Shown: positions 25,161 through 39,631, counted from the first letter of the stretch. The stretch: 64,000 bases of DNA from Octopus sinensis (GCF_006345805.1 NC_043001.1:119040001-119104000); one strand, 5' to 3'. A program made the numbers and translations. Notes: a model not told the origin generated them from the sequence alone.

Positions 25161-26329
25161 TCACTAAAGTTATTTCATTGCGTAATCTTACCGACCGATC
25201 AAGCGCAACATTGTGACTCTTGATGCGGTGCCAAGGTTTGCTTCATTTTGGTGTTTTCTGTTTTAAAGAATTACTTCATATATGTGCAATGCCTAGTAAT
25301 ATTATATTCTAGCTGTGTAAGTCGGGCAGCTTTGGCTATATATTTACCGCATATACTTTTATCACTCTTATTCATATAGATATTGCTTCTATTTCACCCG
25401 GCCCCTTTTTTGTTATCTCTTTTTGAATATCTTTATATTGGGATCATGTCTGAGCGGTTATAATGTACCTGAATCATTGTTACTTCTCAACTTCCGTAAT
25501 TTCCCAGTTACATATTTTGATTCATTGCTTTTGACGGTTTCTGATTTGCAGGCTTTGATCCATTGCCGTAATGTTAAAATTCTTCAGTCTTCTCATTCAA
25601 ATCTGCACTTTTCAGCTTCTACTGAAATGGATCCCAAATATACCATGTAACCCCCCCAACCCCCCACCATTTTACTTCGCGTTACTTCGCGTTACTTCGC
25701 GGGATATCTATTTGTTTTAGTGCTCAGCCACTGTTGAATTCGGAAAAAAAAAGTAACTCACTCGTTTCATCAAAGTCACAGCAGTGTTGACATCACGACT
25801 GGTTGGTTTATAAATCGGCTGGGGGTAAAAAAAAAACAAACAAACAAAAACAGAACAGAGAAGTGTTATATGTGTGTGTGTGCGTATATACACACACATA
25901 CACACATAATGATGTAGAAATTGCGTGTAAAAATATATCTACGACTGCTATTCTTGTGCTTAGATTTACATTTAGATTATCATAAACCAGTCTGCTACCC
26001 GTAGAATTGTTAAGTAACGTCTACATTGAGTAGAATAAATGTAGGAGAAATAAAGATAAACACCATCATATAGTTCCTATAAGCATTTCACCAGTATGGT
26101 TGTTTGTGGGGCTCTGTTAAAGGAGTTCCAAGTGAATTTAGATGCTGAACTAAAATGGATCATCAGTTACAGATAACTATAACATTGTTATCCATTGTGG
26201 TTGAGCAACTAAATGCACTTGGAACACTTAATGCAAGGTTCCAATCAGCCATACGAAATGGTGAAACACGAATAGGAACTTTAATTTAAATTTGTATCTA
26301 TCTCTATTTCTCCTTTATAAAGATGTATG

Positions 26330-26375
<46 letters not shown>

Positions 26376-26388
26376 ACACACACACACA

Positions 26389-27022
26389 TCAGGTTGAGTA
26401 AAAAGTGAGCATCGTTTTGAACCATGAAAAATTTGTACTGGATTTTTGCACTTTTGAATTTTTTTGAAACATCTTTTTGCAAAAGTCTGATAATACAGAT
26501 ATAGACTTGCCCAAATGCGTCAATAAATTAATATTGATATTTTCGTTACCGTTGTTACAATCATCTGAAGTGGAACTGTCAAAGCGCGATATTTGAGCAA
26601 TTTTGCTATTCAACTTCAAAAAAGACGTAAAGCTGCTGAAACTGCTCACGATATCAACGAAACTTTTGGTGATGGAACGACCATTAAGTGGTCAGCTCGA
26701 AAATGGTTTAAACGATTTCACATTGGAAACCTGAGTTTTGAAGATCGTGAGCGTAGTGGATGCCCATCTGTCATCGATGACGGTCAGTTACAGAGCGTCA
26801 TTGAGAAAGATCCCCGTAAAACCACTCGAGAACTAGCAAAAGAATTTCAAGTTAGCCACAAAACTGCCTGCAATCATTTGCAAGCTAACAGGAAATTATA
26901 AAAACTCGATAAATACCACAAAAATTGAATGAAAATCAGAAAATCTGCAGATTTGAAATTTGCTCGTCGCTTCTCCGTAGCCAGACCAATCCATTTCTCG
27001 ACCGTATTGTAACTTGCGATAG
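26389..27022 (+). mobile_element. Mariner transposon 5' half (pseudogene)
   Basis: TIR-like TCAGGTTGAGTAAAAAGTGAGCATCGTTTT; HTH region KAAETAHDINETFG...WFKRF...EDRERSGCP...DPRKTTRELA; ends at FLDRIVTCD (first catalytic D); stops and frameshifts. Confidence 0.9.
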
Positions 27023-27505
27023 GTATGTATGTATGGATGTATATATATTTATTTATATATCTGTATATATATGTGTGTGTCAGTGTGTCTGTTTGTATGT
27101 ATGCATGCACATACTTACGTATATATATGAAAACTTCACCTCCCCCCCCGCCAAAAGATAAAAAAAGCCAAGAGCAACTCATCAAATCACTGGATTTTAT
27201 AACCCATGGGAAAGAAATACTTGTTTTGGTTTACTCCAGTGGTTTTGTTGGTCTTCAACGGGCTAAAATTCGCATTTGTAAATGTTCCACATTGTAATCT
27301 CTTGAGGAAATTTATAGATACAAATGAATAATAAATACTTCCACACACTGAAACACACACATACACACACGCACACACGCGCACACACAGACACACACAC
27401 ACACACATACACACACACACACACAACTCATGCCAACTGTCATGGAGAGTGTAAACATCAGAAGAAGCGAGCACTCAATGCATTTATTTGTATTATTTAT
27501 CTCTT

Positions 27506-27690
27506 AGCGGCGATCTGGCAGAATCGTTAGCACGTCGGGCTTGATGCTTAGCGGCATTTCGTCCGTCTGAGTTCAAATGATGCCGAAATCCTTTCTAAGT
27601 CGATAAAATAAGTACCAGCAAACACTGGGGTCGATTTAATCGACTTGCCCCTCACCGAACTTGCTGGCCTTGTGACAAAATTTGAAATTG
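27506..27690 (+). mobile_element. Meta-like tRNA SINE
   Basis: GGCGGCGATCTGGCAGAATCGTTAGCACG...GTCGATAAAATAAGTACCAG...CTTGCTGGCCTTGTG. Confidence 0.8.
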
Positions 27691-28293
27691 TTATGTATTA
27701 CCAGAAGCACTGGTAAACGGAAAACATGTACCCTCTTCAACTACCCGTAAATAAATTGGTGTTTGAAATAGAACCAGGGAAATAAAGGAGACGCTTGGAA
27801 TTGTTTGTTTATACTGAGGACGGAACTCTGGCCCTCTTACTTGCAACAGCGTAAACGCCGTGAAAGGTGGCCAAGGATTTTGGTCAAGCAGCCCAGTGAT
27901 TGACTGTTCACGCGATCGCCAGGTTTACAACTAATCAAGTGAGAGTTCAAATCGAATTTTATTTACCAAACATCGTTAAATCTCTACAATGAAATTAATT
28001 ACATCTAAAAAAATATACTTTCTTTTCATTGACCCGTGGGTAATGGAGTCACTAAATAGTGCCCAGGGGTTTTGACCCTGGACCGTATCATATAACATCC
28101 ACACAATGGTGGGTTGGCTGTGGTAACAAAATCACAGCCCATTTTCTTCTCGTCCCAGCTGGGCTTTTCTCTCTTGCTCCTATAACTTATATGAGGTTCT
28201 TTCTGCTGTCTTCTTCATCATACACACACGAATATATAAGTTTATATATATATATACACACATATGTATATGTCTGTCTGTGTATGTGTCTGG

Positions 28294-28415
<122 letters not shown>

Positions 28416-28859
28416 CTATCTATATATATAAATATATATATATAAATGCACGCACATATGTATATGAATATGTATACACACACACACACACCTACACATA
28501 TATATACAAATACATATAAATGCACGGACACACACACATGCACACACACATACACACACACACGCACACACACACACACACACGTGCACCGCATATCTTT
28601 GTTAAGCGCATCTCTTCACACTAATCTCCAACGGCACAACTATTGAACCGATTGTCTCGTTCCATTTAAACTATGTAAACAAATCACTGACCATAACAAA
28701 CCGTAACCAAATACATCTTATATACACTCCAACTAAGCTCATGGATTTGGCTTGTACTGAAGTAAAATCATTAAATAGCCATTTACATATGTCTTTCCAT
28801 CGTTAAGGTTATACAATTTTAATTATATGGAAATACTGTGCTAATGACCAGTTGTGGCT

Positions 28860-29080
28860 GTTTTCGTTTTTGTTGTTGTTGTCAGTGTTCAACCACGATC
28901 GAGCAAACCTATGCTCGGAGACAATCTAGCCACGATCATCCTGTCTTTATTTAAAGGTGCAGTGTATCGGAACTGTATTGACTAATGCACACTTTCCTGC
29001 TTTGAAACGGCAGATGGCGATATGAGAGAGATTTGGTTGCTATTTCTTGTCGTTCGGATGTCCACGTAGAGGCTTCCTCA
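28860..29080 (-). mobile_element. Family D repeat
   Basis: GATCGAGCAAACCTATG...GATTTGGTTGCTATTTCT...CCACGTAGAGGCT. Confidence 0.6.
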
Positions 29081-29175
29081 TTGACTCATTGGAATTGATG
29101 ATGAGATTTATATGATTAAAAACGTTCCAGCGTAACCATCCTATCTCTTTATACACATGAAAGACTATGTAAACC

Positions 29176-29259
<84 letters not shown>

Positions 29260-30099
29260 TGTGTGTGTGCTTTTTTAAAGATATAGTGTGATTTGAATAA
29301 TAATTGTCTGCTGTTTCTAGCAAGTCTAGCGATAACGTTGCGGCTTCTCGCTGGCACGGGTTTTATTCAGTCTATCATACCCTTTCCGTTCTAAACGTGT
29401 GACCCTGTGGCGAAATGGCAAAAGGAGGGTAGAAATAGTTGTGCGATGTCTAAAACATCCATGAATATTCTAAGTTCAAATCCCACATGAACCCGCCGTG
29501 CTTTGCATTCCCCCAGAGTCTTTTTCATCCGTTGTGATTACAGACACACTCAAGATATATTCTAGCAATATAAATCAAGCGCAGTACTTCTGGTTCTTTG
29601 TTTCATAAATTCCGGAAGAATGAAAGGTGAAGTTAACTTCAGTGGGATTTGAAACTACTACACAGAAGGCCATAGATAAACACCGTGAATCAACTGCCCA
29701 ATAAAATAACAACCATTCATGTTCATGTACTCAATCATCATCATCATCATCAGTTTGAAGTTAATTGATTAACATTATTGCATTTTCATGCTGTAAATTG
29801 TTTTATCAGACGGTCATTGATGTACGTAAACGTACCCTGAAAAAGAAAAGAAAAACATCGCAAGGGATGGATCTATTGGGATTCCAAATGTAGGTAGTCC
29901 ATGCTGTGATATTCATGGCATTGGGTAAATTAGGCGCAGTAAAATGTACATTGGATTTTGAATGTTAGATAGCAAAGCAAATTGACTGAGACAATTAGAG
30001 GTACCAAACTATGGCAGTCATTATCCACCATCTCATATATAAAAGGGTTCAGACCATAGCCGGTTCTCGCAAGCGCGTATGATCTGAGAATATGTCCCA

Positions 30100-30400
30100 T
30101 GCTCATTGTTTTAGTCGTCTAGAAAGTTGCAAGCTGACCTAGACAACGTCTCAGTCCTCCAACTCTTGACCCGACAAAACATTCCCGATGTTACGGTTAG
30201 AGGAGAGAGTGCTGCACCTACCTACCCCGGAATGGTACCCATTTCAGCTGAGTAAGCTGGGCCGAAGCGAAATAAAGTGCTTTGCCCAAGGAACAACACG
30301 TCACCTTGTTTATGATTTGGACCTTCGCCCGATCCACCAGACTTCGCCCTAACCCTAGTATAGGAGGCTAGGGAGGCTGTTTGCCAAGGTTCTACATCGA
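30100..30400 (-). mobile_element. CORE-type SINE + tail 5
   Basis: Minus strand CCTTGGGCAAAGCACTTTATTTCGCTTCGGCCCAGCTTACTCAGCTGAAATGGG then a distinct tail ending CTTTCTAGACGACTAAAACAA. Confidence 0.65.
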
Positions 30401-30477
30401 GTCCCTGTAGAGAATCGAGGTTGCATCTTGGCTTGCAATCTGTGAAAGACACGTTAAATCACCTTTTTCTCTTACAG

Positions 30478-30742
30478 AATGGCTCCGGTGAGCGGCCTGC
30501 ATAGTAACCTAATTGTACTGGTTTAATTCGGTCAACTGCGCCCCACCCGTATAAGTATTTGGCTTTGCATCAAAGCCAAAGTATCTTTAATTTGTTCACT
30601 CATTGTCTGTCCTTGATTAGTCGTCGTCATTGTTTTAAGTTTAGCAAATGCGGGTCTGTTCGATAGCTGCAGCCATATACAGAAATGATAGAGACTCTAT
30701 GCATTTGAATACGGTCAAACTTGTCAAAGTTTAGACATTCAG
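30478..30742 (+). other. Candidate non-coding/UTR exon
   Basis: Acceptor CACCTTTTTCTCTTACAG| and donor TCAG|GTAAGG; all three frames contain stops. Confidence 0.35.
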
Positions 30743-31311
30743 GTAAGGCGATTCCTCTTCATTCTTCTTAATATATATGTTGTATGTGATTGTGTGTATA
30801 CGAGTTTGTGTCGTGTGAGAGCGCGTGCGCGTGGTGAGTATGCGATGTATATGAATGTTTGTGTGTGATGCGTATGTGTGTCTGTTTGTGCGTACATATG
30901 TATGTGTGTGTGTGTGTGTGTGCGCGCATGTGCATGTGTGCATGTGTGCGTGTACGTATGTCTTGTGTCTGTGCGTGTAAAAAAACCACTGTGTTCATTT
31001 GATATACTTGTTTCCAGGATTATACAGAAAATTCAAGGGTTTCAATAAACAATTTTGTTGGAAGTTTACACAATCTGACGTTGTCTGTAGAGAATAGAAA
31101 ATATAAATAAATAAGTCCGTTATTCCTTATATTTAGTCAAAAGCAAATTTGGCCAAAATGCAGCCATCGTAAACGTGCCATACATAAAGTATGAAGTTCT
31201 TTTTGTAAAAACTACTCATAAAAATAAAGCTTTAATGTTTTTGGAAGTTGCTGAAATCTAAGAACTCTGCGCATATGTATCTCGCTTTTTGTTTATGTAT
31301 GCATTTAAGCG

Positions 31312-31572
31312 TGGAGGCGCGTAGCTTAGTGGTTAGGGTGTCAGCATTATGATCGTAAGATTGTGGTTTCGATTCCTCGACCGGGCGACGCGTTGTGTTC
31401 TCGAGCGAAACACTTCATTTCACGGTGCTCCAGTCCACTCAGCTGGCAAAAATGAGTAACGCTGCGATGGACTGGCATCCCATCCAGCTGGGGAACACAT
31501 ACGCCATGGAAACCGAGAAACTTGGCCCATGAGTTTGGCTAGGCTTTAAAAGGGTGCATTTATTTTATTATT
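31312..31572 (+). mobile_element. CORE-type SINE + tail 3 with 14-bp TSD
   Basis: TATGCATTTAAGCG at 31298-31311 and 31573-31586; tail shared with 58490-58605. Confidence 0.9.
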
Positions 31573-31585
31573 TATGCATTTAAGC

Positions 31586-31790
31586 GAAGGCATGTAGCTT
31601 AGTAGTTAAGGTATTAGTTATACCTGTAATTCAAATGGCCAACCTTGTCACATTCTGTGTCACATTGAATCTTCCTGAGAACCACCCTAAGGGTACGCGT
31701 GTTTGTGAAGCGCTCAGTGAATTTCACGAGCTGTCTGTTCTATCGATCGAATCACCTGGAAACCTCTTCGTCGAAAACAACGAAGTACCA
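31586..31790 (+). mobile_element. Older SINE remnant (short head fused to tail 1)
   Basis: GCATGTAGCTTAGTAGTTAAGG joined to TACCTGTAATTCAAATGGCCAACCTTGTCAC... Confidence 0.65.
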
Positions 31791-32159
31791 GTTGTTTCTT
31801 TGTATGCAGGTATGAGTCAATTTACAACTTTGGTAAAAAAATTCTTTTCCAGTAAAGTGTCACTGGAGTTACATTATTATTATTACTTTTTATTAGAAAG
31901 GTAATAATTTTATTCTTTTGTAGCATTATAATACTGTAGTATTATAGTTGCTTTCGTACATACACAGGTGTCTACGCGTGCAGACCTGTATATAAAATTC
32001 ATTCGTAACCTTTACCTAGTTATACATTTGTGAACACAGACGGTTGATTTGACAGTAAAATACTTTGGCTATGTGACAGAACCCAATGAATTCGAACTGC
32101 CGATCCCTTAGCTTGGACAAACCACTCATGTTTTGCTAGTGACATAAAAGACTCAGTCA

Positions 32160-32695
<536 letters not shown>

Positions 32696-32925
32696 TTTGT
32701 CATTCTCTATCACTGTTCGTCTAACTCTCCCTATCGTTTAATCTTTCAATCTCTTTCCTTCTCTCTTTTGCCCTATCCTGTTATCCCCTTTCTCACTTTT
32801 TCTATACCTTTCTCTGTCTCCCTCTGCCTCTTCCTCTTAACCGCTATCCTTTTATCTTTCTCAGTTTCTCTTTCTCTTACTCTCTCTCTCTTTCCCTCCC
32901 TCCCTTTTGCTCTATTTCTATACAG

Positions 32926-33052
32926 CTGTGAGTTACGAGAAACCGTCAGCGAAGATGAAATGTCTAAATACACAAATTGCATAAGAAGATTCAATTACGT
33001 TTGCTTGGATATCTGGTGTGTTATAATTGTGTTTTCAAGACACATGCTATAG
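32926..33052 (+). other. Candidate exon (no through-going frame)
   Basis: Acceptor after a long pyrimidine tract TTCTATACAG|, donor ATAG|GTAAAG; the tract is partly microsatellite. Confidence 0.25.
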
Positions 33053-33642
33053 GTAAAGTTTGACGGTTTCACCAGCCAGTATGTCTGTATTATTTCTGTG
33101 CTATCATAAAATTTCTGCTGCGGAATTTTTCCAACAAGCAAAGACGTAGTTTATTAAACAATAATTCAGAAGAATCAACTGGCAGTCCGAAATTTCCATA
33201 CGCATTGATCTCTGACAAGGACATAATCACACACAGACAAATACATAAAATGAACACACGCATGAACACACGCACACATTCCCATACGCACATACACTCG
33301 CACACATAAACAAGCATCGGTGTACGTATATAAATAGATGCTATACCGCTTTCTTGCTTAGTAACAAATTGGTACTTCGATTCCAGTCAACGGCTTCCAT
33401 GCTATTTTCAATCTCAAACTACTTAATATTGTTAATAACGCACAGACACACACACGTAAACACACACATGCAAACAAATACAAACACACACATACACAAA
33501 CGCCAACATACACACACAAACGCAAGCACACACACATGTATGTATATATATGTATATAGGTGTATATATGTTTATATGCTAATTAAGTATATTTGTTTAT
33601 ATGCCTATACACACTACATATAATAATAATATAATAATAATA

Positions 33643-33705
<63 letters not shown>

Positions 33706-33708
<3 letters not shown>

Positions 33709-33810
33709 AATAACCATCAGAGCATCACAACAAATTACAGCACATACCCAAGGCACACAGAGCTGCGCTCGGTAGTGAAGTGAAAGCACGCTATAAAAAT
33801 AATAATACTG
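33706..33810 (+). mobile_element. R4/Dong-like LINE family 1, extreme 3' end only
   Basis: Near-identical to 38640-38745; embedded in (AAT)n. Confidence 0.9.
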
Positions 33811-33859
33811 AATAATAATAATAATAATAATAATGATGATGATGATGATGATGATGATG

Positions 33860-33927
<68 letters not shown>

Positions 33928-36899
33928 TATTATTATTATTATTATTAGCTATCCATATCATAGTTATTTAGAAATGCACACTTAACTACGCGACTTAAAA
34001 TTCTTTTTATACTAAGCTGCTGGTGTATTTAACGTGTCGTAGGAATGGTCGTAGGAATGGTCGTAGGAAAGGAGTTTCGTTAATGTTCCGGAACAAAGAG
34101 CTGAGGAAGGATTATTTGAGACTTGAGTATCGTGAGTCGCTATATACAGAAAGCTATGAACAAACTGAATTTTTCTGAGAGAATTAGGTGCATGTAAATA
34201 AATCATGTAAGAGTTGAATTGAAGGAATATTTCTACAAGTATTGTCTAGATGTGGATTTAAGAACACTTGATAACATGCAAGAATAGCCTACCGTTAACA
34301 ATACATTTTTGGGAAGTCTATTTGAAAAGGAGGAATCTTTCCCGAAATATTATAGGGATATTTAATAACCAATATTTAGGCAATACAATACTTTTTCTCT
34401 TTGTTTTCATTTATTGACATGTATTACATATAGTGAGTAAATTCTCACCTGCATTATTTTCTCTCTAAACCTCTCTCTCCCCTTCCTCTCGCTATATACA
34501 CATACACACGCACACGCACATATATTCATACATACATAATGTACGTACACACACGCATGCACACACACGCGCATTCACACACACACGGGCGCGCGCGTAT
34601 GACAGAATAAACAGGATAATGGTGCGAAATGGTTTGAAGGATTGAGAAAACTGAAAAAACTCTGTTGTTGTTTAACTCTGATCAAAAGTGTTACATTATT
34701 GATCAGACCATCATTTTATTTATTTAGTACTACATTGTCCATTAAGTCCTTCCGTTTAGTTGGAAGTTGGCTTCCAATTGTCGTAGGTTAATGGATCATA
34801 ATGGATCTCCCCCGCTGGTCTGAGACTACAGAGGTACATACATACATGCACACATATATACGTACGTACGTATCTGCCTACCTACCTACCTACCTACCTA
34901 CCTACCTACCTCCCTTCCTCCCTACCTACCTACCTACCTACCTACCTACCTTCCTACCTACCTACCTATCTACCTACCTACCTACCTACCTACCTACCTA
35001 TCTACCTGTCTGCCTACCTGCCTGCCTGCCTACCTGCCTGCCTGCCTATCTACTTACACACACACACATACACACACACACATATACACACACACACATT
35101 TTATTCTATTCTCTCTTTACAAGCTACTCAATAAGGAAACAAGAGTGACTATCTACGGGACAGATATGCTGTAGACACACGAAAGAAATAAAGTTTGGAA
35201 GTAACTTGCGTGTTCTCATACATATCTCTATATGTGTATGACAATAGAGTGCATGAATATTTTATGCAAAACCTAAGCTGTAATAAGTTCTTATGCTATC
35301 AGTTCAAGTGTGGTAGACGTCTAGTACAAGATATAATTCTCTCAACTAAATCTTGCAGCACGTAATTCGCGCGCATACATTTGATTATATTCATTTGAGG
35401 CACGCTTGCATACGTACATAAACCGAAAAATGCATCCAGTATTAACACTATGATAAGTTCTATCCACGATGTGTATTAATATATTATCAATATATTTCAG
35501 TATAGCTGTTCAGGTGCTGTTTTAATTCTGATAATACAAAGGTCTCTCTTGCAGCAAAGTAAAACCAGAAGAGAAGCAACCAATAATATGGTTCCTGAAT
35601 GATTACTTACCTTTTTATGTATTTCCTTCCATTGCTATTGGCTCATGGCTGTCGACATTTCACATTATCTGTAAACTCACGGAATCTCATGCCAATTAAA
35701 TGACAGAGTTGTCATTTATTATTCCAACTCTGACTGAATACATCTGCACGAAACCTATGGTATTGGACTATTGATTTCTATTACAAGAATATATAAGTTC
35801 ACACATACGCATCAAGACATTCACACACATATGTATATATGTGTGAAGTGTATGCATGTATGTATATGTATATGCATGTATGTATGCGTTTACTTTTGTA
35901 ATGGATTTTCGTTGTTTCAGGAAGAAATGAAGTTGTTTGTTTAGCAGAACTAAATTCACTGATTTTTCTTCAGTGCTTATCTCTTATTTTATGGACATGT
36001 TCACCGTTTGTTTCAGCTGTCTTTCAGTATGTGAGCTTGTTTGAAGTCGTATTATATACGTGTAGATGCAGACGTGCGCCCTATGTAACAAACGTTATGA
36101 AGTTTGCGGCATGAATGAGAGTAGTTCCGTTTCTATACTAAATGGGAGATACGTGAGTCTCTCTCGGGTTTCGTATTTGGAGATTTGTGTCTTATTACAA
36201 GATCCTTGACTTTCTTGTATTCTAAACCTGTATTCAGGGATATGTTGCACAAAATATTATCTTTTGGTACTTGGTTTCCGAATACTTTTATGACTTATTT
36301 TTATGACTTGCACATCGGCTTATCAGCTCGAATGGGATTAAAACTTCCTTATAATAAACCTTCTGTATTATGGCATTGTTAACGACACACATACATAGAC
36401 ATGCATACACACACTTATAAGTGCGTATATGTGTCAAAAATATTTCATATGTATATGTATGTATCCTGACGCATAACATTACAAGCATGTATATTTCGTC
36501 TGAAGTGTATGCTATCAACTAACGAACATAAAACATGCATACACTCACCAGCGTACACATACACAAACACTCATACTACGTACACTCACAGCCGCGTACA
36601 TACACACACCTACACACACATATACACACACATGTACACACATTCATAAACACTATTGGATGGGTATCGTATTTAGTATCTTCCTTGTCTCTTTTGTGAA
36701 AATTCTTTAATATTGAGTACAATATCACATTAATTGCGACCAAAAGACTTTTAGCAGAAACTAACTATTAATGATAGCTTGACATAATAGAATAGATTTT
36801 CGGTATTTTTGTATAAATGCAAAACGGAAATAAAAATTATGGTGATTAAATATTTGTTGCAGAGTAGTAATGTTGTGATGACACGTGTCCTACAGGTTA

Positions 36900-37045
36900 G
36901 GTTGTTGTATGAACGTTTGGTCGTGGTTTCGATTCCTGAACCAGAGGGTGCATTGTATCCTTGAGCAAAACACTTCATTTCATGTGGCTTCAGTTCACTC
37001 AGTTATAAATGAACTATAAAATGAGCTGGGAAGTTAACCTTGTGA
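36900..37045 (+). mobile_element. Degenerate CORE-type SINE
   Basis: GGTTTCGATTCC...TCCTTGAGCAAAACACTTCATTTCA. Confidence 0.6.
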
Positions 37046-37099
37046 CGTGTGTGTGTGTGGTGGGGTGTTTCTGTGACTGTTATATATATGTATATAGAT

Positions 37100-37305
37100 A
37101 TAGTTAAATTAGTAATCCCGTGTCTTATCGAGTCGGGCATAAAATATTTATTCTTATATATGTATATATTATGTATGTGTGAACCTTTAATAATGAAGGT
37201 ATATACATTTTTTTCTACACCCATATTTAGTTTCTTACACATAAATCTACAGACGTACATAATGTAATTATAAGCAAACACAGAAAACATAAATACATGC
37301 GTATA
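37100..37305 (+). repeat. AT-rich dispersed repeat G, copy 1
   Basis: ATCCCGTGTCTTATCGA...CCTTTAATAATGAAGGTATA...GCAAACACAGAA recurs diverged at 42435-42630. Confidence 0.7.
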
Positions 37306-37311
37306 TAAGGG

Positions 37312-37580
37312 AGAGACCCCTTCGGTCATGAATGACGATAAGATTGCACCTAGAAAGTTCCCCTCCGAGATACGTGTCCGGGCAGGGTGTTTGCGGAAGC
37401 CCAGTAGTCGTCCATACATACCATGTCTCTCCTCTCCAAGGGAAAGGCAAAGGGGCCGATACAGCTTGGCACCAGTGACGTCGCAACTCATATCTATAGC
37501 AGAATGAACTGAAGCAAAGTGAAATAAAGTCTCTATCTCATGATTGTGAGTGTGACGCTCTAACCACTCAGCCATGCGCC
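37312..37580 (-). mobile_element. CORE-type SINE + tail 4
   Basis: Same tail as 16683 and 22995. Confidence 0.85.
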
Positions 37581-37819
37581 TATAGATACATACATACATA
37601 CATACATACATACATACATACATACATACATACATACATAGCAGCTAGCGGCTAGTTCAAGGAGGGAGCAGAGTTGCAATCTCAGTCACTTACTGTATAT
37701 GCTATAGAATCTGGGTTGAACGCGGACCTTACAAGTCGTGGGGCTAATGACCCAAGTCAAAATAAGTAGTTGTAAAAGCAAAATTGAATTGATATTTCAG
37801 AAGATAAAGAAGTCTGTCA

Positions 37820-38090
37820 ACCATGCTTCAATGGAAATGAGAATTATTGTTGGGTCTTTGGGGACAGTATCAAAAGACATCAAAAGAGGAATGTAAAGGA
37901 AATCGGAATAGAGTGCCCAGCAGAACTGTGACAAAAGGTTTACTTTCTTGGCACGGCCAGAATGATCAGTAAAGTATTTGATAGTTGAAAAGAACAGATA
38001 GCATTGTACCGTAGGCTGCAGGCAGCAAGCCCGCTACGCATGCAAAACTGCAGGGGTTACAGCAAAACCTGAGATACAAAGAATAAATGA
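37820..38090 (+). mobile_element. R4/Dong-like LINE family 2, 3' end
   Basis: RIIVGSLGTVSKDIK...KEIGIECPAEL*QKVYFLGTARMISKVFDS, 3' UTR, then (AAT)n. Confidence 0.8.
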
Positions 38091-38092
38091 TA

Positions 38093-38123
<31 letters not shown>

Positions 38124-38124
38124 T

Positions 38125-38740
38125 AGCTGCCCAGTCCTGGCTAAGAAGGAATATATTCACAGACATGACAGAGTTGGAACCTACATACATTGGAAGCTAT
38201 GCCAACATTATGGAATAACAACAGAAAAAAGATGGTATAGGCACACACCAGAAAAGGTCACAGAAAACGAGAAAGCAACCATACTCTGGGATATGCCGAT
38301 ACACACAGATAGAGAAATTAAGGCCAACAGACCAGATATAGTTGTCAGAGATCATGAAGAAAAAAACTGCTTTCTAATTGATGTATCAATACCGGCAGAT
38401 GACAACGTGTCTCTAAAAGAAATGGAGAAACTCTCAAAATACAAAGACCTGGAAGTAGAGGTAACTAGAATGTGGAACCTGAAAACAGAAACAATTCCTA
38501 TCATAGTAGGTGCATTAGGCATGATAAAAAAATATTCAGACAAATACATAACAAAAACACCAGGACTTACAAACACATATAACATACAGAAAATTGCACT
38601 ACTAGGCACTGCACACATCCTACGCAGAACACTTTCCATACAATAACCATCAGAGCATCACAACAAATCACAGCACATACCCAAGGCACACAGAGCTGCG
38701 CTCGGTAGTGAAGTGAAAGCACGCTATAAAAATAAAACTA

Positions 38741-38745
<5 letters not shown>
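38125..38745 (+). mobile_element. R4/Dong-like LINE family 1, 5'-truncated, intact C-terminal frame with RLE endonuclease
   Basis: Open frame 38125-38646 (173 aa): CPVLAKKEYIHRHD...ILWD...ANRPDIVV...IDVSIPADD...KEMEKLSKYKDL...GALG...LLGTAHILRR; (AAT)n tail. Confidence 0.92.
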
Positions 38746-38774
<29 letters not shown>

Positions 38775-38819
38775 TTAATAATGATGATGATGATTATGAT
38801 AATGCTGACGACGACGACG

Positions 38820-38894
<75 letters not shown>

Positions 38895-38909
38895 TGAAAA
38901 TAATAATAA

Positions 38910-39375
38910 AAAAGATGGCCTACAGCAAATATTCTGCTCAATACCACAGATTTGTTTGTCAGTTGCTTGACCTTAACCAGTTGACCATGTTCCTTAGTGG
39001 CTGACGATATGTGCATCTCTGATCACGAGCAGAAGTAGGGGGGAGCATCATGGCCATGTGTTGAAAAGAATTCTTAGAGATTTGGATAATTCGCCTTTGG
39101 AAACAGGGGTGGTTCGTTCAACATCCTTAAACAATCTTTATTCAGGGACCTTTTGAGCGGGATGGGCTACTCGACCAGAAGAAAATTCTAATTGGACCCC
39201 CACCTGCAAGGCCATGCGCTGTTTATCTTGATATGATATCACCATGTCGCGCACATATGGTTGTGATGCATGTGCCTGGTGTACCCTTATCAGACGAGTA
39301 GTTATGATGGGTATACTGGGTTTCGTATATTTTACCCAAAGTGTTACTTTGATGACATGCACTGCTCTCTCAATC
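38910..39375 (+). mobile_element. Element E, full ~465-bp copy
   Basis: AAAAGATGGCCTACAGC...GCACTGCTCTCTCAATC followed by (AAT)n. Confidence 0.85.
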
Positions 39376-39427
<52 letters not shown>

Positions 39428-39432
39428 TAATG

Positions 39433-39490
<58 letters not shown>

Positions 39491-39510
39491 TAATAATAAT
39501 AATAATATGA

Positions 39511-39631
39511 TGCACACATCCTACGCAGAACACTTTCCATACAATAACCATCAGAGCATCACAACAAATCACAGCACATATCCAAGGCACACAGAGCTGC
39601 GCTCGGTAGTGAAGTGAAAGCACGCTATAAA

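Noticed and set aside
27130-27297. Continuation of the mariner after the microsatellite
   Set aside because: Similarity to the expected WLD..PK..LH.KK.M..VWW region is too weak to support.
30558-30580. 10-bp hairpin TTTGGCTTTG-CAT-CAAAGCCAAA as a histone stem-loop or terminator
   Set aside because: Does not match the histone consensus; a stem of this size can arise by chance in 64 kb.
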